DNA from: Phoronis australis
Lineage: Eukaryota > Animalia > Phoronida
Reading direction: 5' to 3'
NCBI GenBank assembly: GCA_002633005.1
Contig: NMRA01000279.1
Location: 259,233-323,232, forward strand
Length of the DNA stretch: 64,000 nt
The notes beneath the pieces were generated by a model, which did not search any database, was not told the origin of the DNA, and was given only the letters and a program-made list of their open reading frames with translations. Shown here piece by piece: positions 13,241 through 25,200 of this stretch (its first letter is position 1; each line of letters begins with the position of its first letter). Made by a program: the position numbers and the translations under genes.

Positions 13241-16200
13241 TCAGTGGCGTATCTGATGCCAGTCATTGTCGGCAGTGTCCTCCTCCAGAAGTTCTTGCAG
13301 CACCTTCTGTACATCATTGTCGTGTTTAGTCAACAACTGCTGGTTCTTCGCCCGATCGGCGAATCCCATGTCAATCAATGTCTCCATGGGCGTGGCGGCA
13401 TGCGGTGATCTCTCCTGCCATTGGTTGGCCTGTGGTGACCACGCTGAGGGGGTTGGAGTCCATGTGTTCTGAGGCGGGGTCCATGTGGAGCGAGGAGGAA
13501 CATACTGAAATGCAAGTGGTTAGAGTGAACAAAGGAAGGCAAAAAACATTGCCTGTGCAACCAAGAGCATACTAAATTTGCAGGATTTGAGTCATCCAAT
13601 CCCAAAGTGTCACAAACGTGATCACCAGCTCGGTAAACTAGCAGTTGATATTGGATAAATGCTGACTGTTTACTCCTTTGTATATGAACACTGGATTGTC
13701 TGAAATGTAACTAAAATGAAGTGATCTCAGTCTATAGGTGGTATGTCTATCTCTACAGGTGGTATGTCTACCTCTATAGGTGGTATGTGTACCTCTACAG
13801 GTGGTATGTCTACCTCTACTGGCAGTGCTGCTTTGGATGAAAAACATCCCACAATCCTTTGGGTATATATCATCAATGTGTTTCAACGTGACTAACAGTC
13901 TGTGAAAACACAAGTCATCACCTCAACATAATTACTCTCATCACTTTACCCTATTCATATCACTTGTAGATACTGGACACTTGAGACCAGAAACATGGAT
14001 GTGAGGTCTCGGGTTACTTACTTGATCCTGCACTTGTAAGTGGTGAAATATGTCTTTGGCTGCAGAGAACGCCTTATTGGCTACCTGTGATGTGACGCCG
14101 AACACTGTAGAGGCCAGGTTAGTGGCGATCTCTTTAGGGCTGTTGAGAAAACAAAGTAACCAGTGTGAGGAATGCTGGTGGAACATATCCATAACAAGAA
14201 CTGCAGTAAACACAACAGCAGACAACTCTTAAGCGTATATACAACACCTTCGAAAAAACAGCTACACCATCTAAATAATAACTTTATCATTTTACCACTT
14301 GATATGTTATATTTGAAACTATCACATACCTGTGAGGTGGACTGCATTCCGCACCAGCAGGGGTCTCTTCTGCAGCATCTGTTGCCGTGGCGTTGAGGTC
14401 CACTTTCAACTCCGTCTCCTCGTCGTCGGGGCAATCACTGGCTATGTTTTCATCATCACTTCCCACGTCCCTCGCCGGGTCGTCACCTCCATTGTTGAAA
14501 TTCCCTGAGAGGTCGTTCTGTTCACTGGCTTCTGGGTTAACAGTCTGGAAAAATGCAATTTCAACACTTAAGTGTGCCCTAGATTGGACAAGTTGGTAGA
14601 ATAAATAATTGTCAGCCCCAAAAACCACAGGCTTTCGCCCAAGTCACACTTAGTTTTGTCATAATACAAACATGGGAAAAGGGGCTGAGTCAACATCATT
14701 GTTGCATTTGGAAGTTTGAAAATGACAACATATAGAATGAGGAATAACTGTTTCTCAAGGTCTAACATAGACTTCAAACAGCTGTACATATGGATCATCC
14801 AGGAACATCACCAGTCGGTTGCATGAAACAGTCCCAATAAGGATTCGACTTTTTTCCCTAAATTTTCTGAGCATTTGTAGACTTTGTTTACTCACTAACA
14901 AAAATCGCTTTATATTTACTGTGAGCTCCTTTGTTACTAAATTAATGTCACTTTCTCATAAAATATCTGAAAACTGAGCTCATACTTCAATAAAAATAAA
15001 TAAATAGGGACTAGGTCCATAATTCAGGGGTGTTGCATGAAAATGCCCCTTTTAGTTTTGAATGATATTAAGAATTCAACAAAATGCCCAATCTGAACAT
15101 GTATCAAAGCTAAAACACGACGTAGTAATGATAATAAAAGAACATAAAGACGGACAACCAGTAATTGTCGACAAATGTGCTGGAAATTTAAGCAATACAA
15201 TCCAGTCCCTAATTGAACTATTTAATACAATTGTCCACACACACCCACAGTGCTGCATCCACGCCACCACTAACATTCTTATACTCGCATCTTTTACATC
15301 CCATTTGAAAAAACCTGATAAATAACGTAAAAATACAATGGTCCTTGAATAACTAATCTCACCGCATCCTCTCTGGTGTCTTCAACAGGTTCACATGCGT
15401 CCTTGGACGACCTTGACCCATTTTCTTCTCCTGCCTGAGCTTCACTCTCGCAAGGTGGCGTTGCTATCACTGGAGAAGCCCGGTCTTCCTTGACATTAGT
15501 CTCCACTAGGTGATCAACACTAAGCACTTCATCGTCTGCGAAGTAAAGGAGAAATCGAGCTGTGCTTGAAAGTTGCTAATAAAACCGACGTATGTACTGA
15601 CTTTTAACATTAAAACTTACAGTACACGATGGAATAATTTGAATCTGGTTCCAGTGGACTNGTTAGAGTGAACACAGGAAGGCAAAAAACATTGCAGAGC
15701 ATACGAGATTTGCGGGACTTGAGTCATCCAATCCCAAAGTGTCACATGCGTGATCACCAGCTCAGTAAACTAGCAGTTGATATTGGATAAATGCCGACTG
15801 CTCCTATGAATATGAACACTGGATTGTCAGACATGTAACTAAAATGAAGTGAACTCAGTCTATAGGTGGTATGTCTATCTCTACAGGTGGTATGTCTACC
15901 TCTACAGGTGGTATGTCTATCTCTACAGGTGGTATGTCTACCTCTACTGGTGGTGCTGCTTTGGATGAAAAATATCCCACAATCCTTTGGGTATATGTCA
16001 TCAATGAGTGGCATTCAACGTGACTAACAGTCTGTGAGTACATAAATCATCACCTCAACATTAATTACTCTCATCACATTACCCCATTCATATCACTTGT
16101 AGATACTGGACACTGGAGACCAGAAACATGGATGTGAGGTCTTGGGTTACTTACTTGATCCTGCACTTGTAAGTGGTGAAATATGTCTTTGGCTGCAGAG

Positions 16201-19200
16201 AACGCCTTATTGGCTACGTGTGATGTGACGCCGAACACTGTAGAGGCCAGGTTAGTGGCGATCTCTTTAGGGCTGTTGAGAAAACAAAGTAACCAGTGTG
16301 AGGAATGCTGGTGGAATGTATCCATAACAAGTACTGCAGTACACACAACAGCAGACAACTCTTAAGCGTATATACAACACCTTCAAAAAAAAAAACAGCT
16401 ACACCATCTAAATAATAACTTTATCATTTTACCACTTGATATGTTATATTTTGAAACTATCACATACCTGTGAGGTGGACTGCATTCCGCACCAGCAGGG
16501 ATTTCTTCAGCAGCATCTGTTGCCGTGGCGTTGAGGTCCACTTTCAACTCCGTCTCCTCGTCTTCGGGGCAATCACTGGCTATGTTTTCATCATCACTTC
16601 CCACGTCCCTCGCCGGGTCGTCACCACCATTGTTGAAATTCCCTGAGAGGTCGTTCTGTTCACTGGCTTCTGGGTTAACAGTCTAGAAAAATGCAATTTC
16701 AACACTTAAGTGGGCCCTAGATTGGACAAGTTGGTAGAATAAATAATTGTCAGCCCCAAAAACCACAGGCTTTCGCCCAAGTCACAATTAGTTTTGTCAT
16801 AATACAAACATGGGAAAAGGGGCTGAGTCAACATCATTGTTGCATTTGGAAGTTTTGAAAATGACAACATACAGAATGAGGAATAACTGTTTCTCAAGGT
16901 CTAACATAGACTTCAAACAGCTGTACATATCGATCACCCAGAAACATCACCAGTCGGTTGCATGAAACAGTCCCAATAAGGATTCGACTTTTTTCCCTAA
17001 ATTTTCTAAGCATTTGTAGACTTTGTTTACTCACTAACAAAAAATCGCTTTATATTTACTGTGAGCTCCTTTGTTACTAAATTAATGTCATTTTCTCATA
17101 AAATGTCTAAAAACTGACCTCATACTTCAATAAAAATAAATAAATAGGGACTAGGTCCATAATTCAGGGGTGTTGCATGAAAATGTCCCTATTAGTTTTG
17201 AGCAATATTAAGAATTCAACAAAATGCTCAATCTGAACATGTATCAAAGCTAAAACACGACGTAGTAATGATAATAAAAGAACATAAAGATGGACAACCA
17301 GTAATTGTCGACAAATGTGCTGGAAATTTAAGCAATACAATCCAGTCCCTAATTGAACTATTAAATGCAAATGTCCGCACACACCCACAGTGCTGCATCC
17401 ACGCCACCACTAACACTCTTACACTCGCATCTTTTACATCCCATTTGAAAAAACCTGATAAGTAACGTAAAAATACAATGGTCCTTGAATAACTAATCTC
17501 ACCGCATCCTCTCTGGTGTCTTCAACAGGTTCACATGCGTCCTTGGACGACCTTGACCCATTTTCTTCTGCCTGAGCTTCACTCTCGCAAGGTGGCGTTG
17601 CTATCACTGGAGAAGCCCGGTCTTCCTTGACATTAGTCTCCACTAGGTGATCAACACTAAGCACTTCATCGTCTGCGAAGTAAAGGAGAAATCGAGCTGT
17701 GCTTGAAAGTTGCTAATAAAACCGACGTATGTACTGACTTTTAACATTAAAACTTACAGTACACGATGGAATAATTTGAATCTGGTTCCAGTGGACTATA
17801 CACATGACATCAGTGAAGAGTTAATGGACCAAAAATTCCACTGTAATATGCCAGAAGAAACCCCTTTCACCTTGTAATTTACGACAAACGTTCATCAACC
17901 ATGTCTCTAAATAGGTTCATCAGGATGACCGATATATGTGTACATACATTTTGTGCTTTCAGTTGTATGTACAACACAGAATTAAGCTCAGCGACACCTA
18001 GAGGCAGGACTGATGAAAGCTTCAGTCACAAAAACTGAGAAGCCGAAAATTTTCTGATAACTTTTTCAATTTATCTGTGGATGCAAAGCAAGAAATATAA
18101 TATTTACTCTTTCACCAACCAAATTTAAACAGTTGATAAACACTCACCAGAGGGGGACACTGTTCTCAGCAAAGACCGTGTCATGGGCTTGTCCAGGTCG
18201 AAACAGTCTGGCAGGGGCACCACATAGTAGTCACTGTCAGTAGACAGGGATGAAGAGCTGCTACTGCGGCTCACGGAGGCGGGGCTTGCTTCAAGTGGGG
18301 CAGGGACTGTGTCTAGGAGAGACAGAGTCATGTCTATAAGTCATGTTAAAAACACAGTAAAACCAACTCGGCATCAATTCAGTTTTACAACAGAGGTGAA
18401 AACAGCTACAATGAACATACAAGTCAATACCTTATTTAACCAAATTCAAGAGAACTTTAGCTTTGTTACAGCTTCTCAAGGTGCCACCATGTTGTCTCTT
18501 AGCAACAATTGACAATTGACTAGAATTAAGGAGCACTCCAAGTTGGACAAACCCACTCGCATTAGTGAACACACCATCAACACTGACTGTGCACATGGAC
18601 AATGCCCAAGTCCTAGCCAGAGAGGAACATTGGTTCTCTCGAAAAGTTAAAGAAGCCGTCTTTATCAGGAACTGACAGCCTACCATCAACTGAGACCAAG
18701 GTCTACAGTTCGCCTGGTCTTTGACCCCATTCTAGATCTGGGTCAACTAAGTGCGGGTAATCCACTCATTGAAAAAGACCCTTAGATGAGGGTAGCGAAG
18801 TCCGAATCATCAACTACAAACAGTTCGTAGTAAATGAATTTTTACCTGCCCAACACAATCACGAACTATGAAAAACTTATTTTATAACAATTAACATAAC
18901 CACTCTAAAATAAATAACCGTAACAAGAGCGTTCAAAGGAATTGCCTAAAAATTGACCAGACTACAAATATAAAATTTTAATCGAGTAAGGTTGCTTTTG
19001 AAAACCATTAACAAAAGTTTCGAATGAAAACCCAGCAGTAATTGTGTTTCTAACATTTTGCTCGTCATAACTTCCAACGCATGAAATGTATATAATCATT
19101 GACTGTGACCTCTCACAGTAGAACACACGCACGCACGTATATGACCACAAAAAAAAACTGCTGAATAATTAATTAACTTTATATTTCATGGTCACAGCCA

Positions 19201-22200
19201 GTCATGAAGACGAGGGTGCATTTGAGAGCAGCTCACTGCACTACACACCTGTCTTGATGGCCAGGTCGCTAATTTTGCATCGCACTTGCTCTGTCACTTC
19301 ACTACTGCAATCTTCTACATCGACCAGCTCAATGCTGCTCCTACGAGACATGTCAGTCGACGAAGACGGGTCACGTTCATTAGGAGGCGTGGCAACTGGA
19401 AGTAAAGGATGGCAACGAATAAGTCCGATGACGTCAAACTGTTCGTATTATGACAGGAAGTTGATAATCCAATGTTTACTCACTTTAAGATATTGAAAGT
19501 ATACGTCAAAAGTGAATACAATAAAAAGCAAAATTTTGATGCTCATTGATATACTGTAGCTATGTTTAAGGGCCCTGGCCTGTCCTGTCAGGGTACATAT
19601 TGTTGTAGTATTGACAATAGTTCCTATTCTACCCAATAGATGTCACAATCTCTCTGCCAGATGTCAGATGATGCAAAAGCAACATTTAATAGCTAACTTC
19701 AAATTTTATTGTGTATTTCATGTTATCTACCGATGGCCAAAGACCTGTCATGATTCATACGATCTCAAAAACTGTACAAAAAATGAAGCAGGAACCGACT
19801 ACGTGTTGTACAATCTAGGAGCCCTGAGGACTGCACTACATTTGAGGCACAGTTAAGTTCCCACACCATATCATCAAGATGTTAAAATGAGCTTGGACCA
19901 TTTTGACAACGAGTTCAGAGTGAAGGGACCTTCATGAAACAGTCAATCTAATCTTCCCCACTCTCACACAAGCCTTCACATTTCTCACCTTGAGGAGTGT
20001 TGTTAGGTGTGGCCGTCTGTGAGATGGTCGGAATTGTTGTACTACGCTCTGCTAAGTTCTCACACGACAACTTGTTCTTGGCTGACATCAGGTCGGCCTC
20101 TACACTGGACGAGGTCGACCCTGTCATCGACGCTCGATCATCCGAGTCAGACAGTGGCTCCATCTTGATGACGGGGGCTTCACTTGTTGACCCTGACGCG
20201 GCGCTAGTGGTCTCCGAGGCAGCCGACTTGCTCTCCAAGCCTATGTCTTCTGACTTTACCTGAAGAAAAGTAATGGTACCGTAAATCCAGTGACTCTACA
20301 ATCCTTTGTTTATAGCCACCATACAAGCTGTACATTAATCTTTCTCCTCTCTCTGGGGATGACAAAAGACTGGAAGCTGATATTAATCGACATTATTCTC
20401 ATCATACATGTCTCAACATTCATCCTATACTGTCAATCAAGTAAAAGCCACCAATGAGCGCTCATACAGCCATCGACGAGTTATGGCTCCTCTTATCTTT
20501 GCTTGGAATGACGAATTAAAATCTGCACACATTAGTCGTCTTGCATCACCATGCACACACACTTCCCACAACTGGTCATTTGAGGAATGTGGTGTATAAA
20601 TGTAAGTCAGTGACACAGATCAATAACAGTGTTTTATTGCTCGTAACCACCTGGCCTAAATAACTGTTTGTAACTACTGTGGATATGCTGTATGTAATAC
20701 CAACCACTGGTGCTGGCCGCGAGACAGTCACGTCGGCGACTGACTGGTCTGTATCAGGCGGCAGATCGTCCACGATCACGTGACACCAAAGGCGATGACC
20801 GAAGCCTTCATGTGCAGTGTGGAGACGCCAATGACTCTGGTAAGTCCCTGCAGACCCAAGACAGACAATGGATCAGGAGAATGTGAGAGCAAAAGGCAGT
20901 TTACATAGCATTGAAACACACACGCACGCACACACACAGACAGACATACAGACACCGACACAGACACACAATGAGCATCGATGTTACCATTAACAAAAAC
21001 TCAAAATTCAAAGGGATTTAATAAAATCTGTAACAAAACTGATGATAAAACCCCAGCTAAACAATTTCATGGCTATCTAATACTTTGTGAGCCACTACAG
21101 AAAATTAACCATAAATGTTAACCGAAAATGTTAAAGGCTTATAAACTGAGACAAATATTGGCCTTAACGTTACCATGAGGACAGTACTGTTACTGTTATG
21201 AACTATATCCACGAATTTTACAGCACATCAGTGGTTTTAGAAACTGGAGTAGGAAACATCTGTTCCAAATAACGGGGAATGACTTATAATTACATGAATA
21301 ACATTACAAGCCCTCATCAACGATAAGTTTGTTTGGAAATGTGGTAAAAAGGATATCACTACATTCGACTAGTAATATGATTGATCCGACAATATATGAC
21401 ATTGTGTGTTCGCGTGATCGTACCTGGTTTAGGAGGAGCCACTAATTCTACAGACACCGTGCCCTCAGTGTTCTGGTCAAGAGGGGGCGCTGCCACCTCA
21501 CTACGCTCTGATATCAAGTTGCCCCACAGTAGCTTGAGCTGAAATTACGGAAAAATACTAGTCACTTCCCATCATGCCAATGGCCCGCGATGAAGACTGC
21601 TCATCACTACTGAGAAATAACATGTTAGACACATGGGTGTAATTGATAAGATTTATTGGAAGACGGAGACGCAAACATAATATGCTGTCAAATTCAGACC
21701 TCAACAGAGTAAATTGACCAGAGTGAGTGAAAAGTCATAAAAATCCATAGATGATCAATTATGTCTACACTCCCAGGCTGGCAAAAATACAAGGCCCACA
21801 ACCCTCATAATGTATAAACGTGACGCTACAAAAATGACAGTCTCGTACCTTTGTGTCGGCCGGCCATTTTGTCTGGCCACTGTTGCACACCGTCCAACAC
21901 TTGATGAACTTTTGACCCACATACACGTGACAGCCATCTGGGTAGGTGACATCTTGCACAAATGTGGCACTGGGTTTGCTTAAAATTGAACATTACACAG
22001 TAAATCAGACGCTGTTGAGAGCAATGTGGCAGACGAATATGCTTGAATGCCCTACATCTGCGATTTTTATTATTTTCATCAAAAAACTGTTTATTAAGCT
22101 TAATTATATAATATGTAACAAATCAACAGACGATAACTGATGCAACACACTAAATAAAGGTCTGGTCTTCAACTGATTTTGATCATAACAAAGGGTCGAA

Positions 22201-25200
22201 TTATAAACTTGCACATCACCATTGCAGTCTCCACGAAGCCACCAGGCACACATCCTCACACGCACTCAAAATCCTACAGGAAGTGTACAGGACAAACTCA
22301 GAACTGCTCAGCAAAAAATAGTAGGGCCAGTTGATGAGTCATGAGAGGAGGCAGTGTGGCCTAGTGAGAAAGGTGCCCACTTTTTTTACTCAAGGTCATG
22401 GGTTCAAGTCTCACTGGGGCACACTGCTGGACCCTTGAGTCAGGTCTCCAGCTCCTCTGCTCCAGTTTTGTCTGAATATTCATAAAGCATACAAATGGTT
22501 CCAGGTGATCAGTGCAAAGGTCACACCGGAGTGGCCAGTGCACATCTTGTACAACGCGTACCAGACCGCCTGCAATAATTTTTTGATTATGAATCATACA
22601 CTGGTTACATCAGCCAATCATTATCGTTTGCCTCAAGAGGTGAGTCCGTGCAGAGTATTGGGTCCGACAGGGAAATTGCTTGTTGTCAAGCATGCGAGAC
22701 ATTCCCAAATTTCTGTTCGATTATAAAAAAATGAAAAAACTGGTGCTCCATCAGACATTTGATGGATTCGACAGCTTTTTATTTCTGGTATCTCACTCAT
22801 TTCATTTGCGGCTCTTGCCAAAAAATGCATCATTTGAACAAAAAATGCATCATTTGAAGGGGCAAGGATATTTGTTACGCTCTGTACAAGGCTTTCTTCT
22901 TTTGCCAACCTCTAATCAGTTCTTGTTTAGTAACCTGGGAATTTTGCCGGTGGCCTTTGACGAATTGATTCTGTGCTAAGCGCCAAGCCTTGATGAGTAT
23001 AATGCAACTCGTCTGAAGTGGCTACCGTCAGATTACAACATTACTTTCTGTGGTTCATTTCTTGAGCTTTTAGAAAGAGCCGTGATAAAGTCGATGCAAT
23101 GACTTTAGTTCCATGGGTTGGCCACTAGGCAGCGCCTCATACAGTTTACATATCAACCAAATATTTAAACATAGCTAGCTGCTTTAAGTGTCCCAGCTCT
23201 CAACTCACTCAAAGCAGGTGGTCCGTCCCCGCATGTCCTTTCTGGGACACATGTGTTGTGGTTTATCTCCTTTACCAAGAAGTTCCTGTTGGGTTTTTGC
23301 CAACTTTTTCTCCAATTTCTTAATTTTCTTCAGTTTTCTAGAAGAAGAATGCCAGTGAATTAAGTCTAGATTGAAAAATCTCAAAACTGACCAAATCAAA
23401 ATGATGTTAAAAGCTGCAGCCGTTACAGACCATGAAAATTTGAGTGAAACTGCAGGAAATGCAAGAAGTACACTGTACACTGTACAATGCTAATAACTGC
23501 AACTGATCAAAATGATTGACTGAACTAGGTAAGTCAGGAAATAATGTTTAATATGGAATACAAAGATTGACTGTTACTCAGCAACAGATCACAAAATAAA
23601 CTGAACAGTTGGCATACATAAACACCATCATTGTACATTGAGGGGAGTTCGTTACAGTGCTATGAACAATCTCTAAATGTTGCTAAATTAGCAAACAAAT
23701 TAATCAACGCATGACTCATCACATCCTTGGCATTATTGCGAAAACTTGCCAATATGAAAGCTACCTGGCACTGTTTGGCTTGAAAATGTTTCCTACCTTT
23801 CGGAATCATGAGAGTAATCGGGCTCTACTCCAGAGGTCACACCAATCTGCTCTGAGACGAATTTCTTGAACAACGGTTTCATGACTCCACTCTTGTGCTT
23901 GCCAAGCCCATGAATGGGTTGCTGTATCTTGACCAACAGGTGGCGCTTATCATGGCCCGCCACTCCTGACAGTTCACATTTCTCACAGAGGTCGTAGTCA
24001 GGGCACTGGCCACACTTGTAGCGCACCCCGTGAATGGGTTGCTCACAATGGTCGCATAGAATGCCAAAGTGTAAGACGGACGCTGTAAAGACAGGACAAA
24101 GGATGACACCAGTGAACAAAGGTAGAACAATTCTTACTTAATATTGTTTCAGCGAGATTCTACTACACTAAATTTATAAGAACAAAAACTGACAGTAAAT
24201 CACATCTAACAATTAGGAGCCTGTTAAAGTTATCCAAACAAAGTNTCTGGCCACTGTTGCACACCGTCCAACACTTGATGAACTTTTGACCCACATACAC
24301 GTGACAGCCATCTGGGTAGGTGACATCTTGCACAAATGTGGCATTGGGTTTGCTTAAAATTGAACATTACACAGTATATCAGCCGCTGTTGAGAACAATG
24401 TGGCAGAGGAATATGCTAGAATGCCCTACATCTGCGATTTTTATTATTTTCATCAACAAACTGTTTAAGCTTAATTATATAAAATGTAACAAATCAACAG
24501 ACGATAACTGATGCAACATACTAAATAAAGGTCTGGTCTTCAACTGATTTTGATCATAACCAAGGGTCGAATTAGAAACTTGCACATCACCAATGCAGTC
24601 TCCACGAAGCCACCAAGCACACATCCTCACACGCACTCAAAATCCTACAGGAAGTGTACAGGACAAACTCAGAACTGCTCAGCAAAAACTAGTAGGACCA
24701 GTTGATGAGTCATAAGAGGAGGCAGTGTGGCCTATTGAGAAAGGTGCCCACTTTTTTACTCAAGGTCATGGGTTCAAGTCTCACTGGAGCACACTGCTGG
24801 ACCCTTGAGTCAGGTCTCCAGCTCCTCTGCTCCAGTTTTGTCTGAATATTCATAAAGCATACAAATGGTTCCACGTGATCAGTGCAAAGGTCCCACCGGA
24901 GTGGCCAGTGCACATCTTGTACAATGCGTACCAGACCGCCTGCAATAATTTTTTGATTATGAATCATGCACTGGTTACATGAGCCGATCATTATCGTTTG
25001 CCTCAAGAGGTGAGCCCGTGCAGAGTATTGGGTCCGACAGGGAAATTGCTTGTTGTCAATCATGCGAGTCATTCCCAATTTTCCGTTCGATTATAAAAAA
25101 TGAAAAAAACTGGTGCTCCCTCAGACATTTGATGGATTCGACAGCTTTTTATTTCTGGTATCTCACTCATTTTATTTGCGGCTCTTGCCAAAAAATGCGT

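Noticed and set aside
13638-16043. Repetitive ORFs (RGRHTTC..., VEIDIPP...)
   Set aside because: These are translations of a 21-bp intronic minisatellite, with no splice or homology support.
22988-23016. TTGATGAG...CTC hammerhead-like motif
   Set aside because: It lacks the GAAA box and supporting helices.
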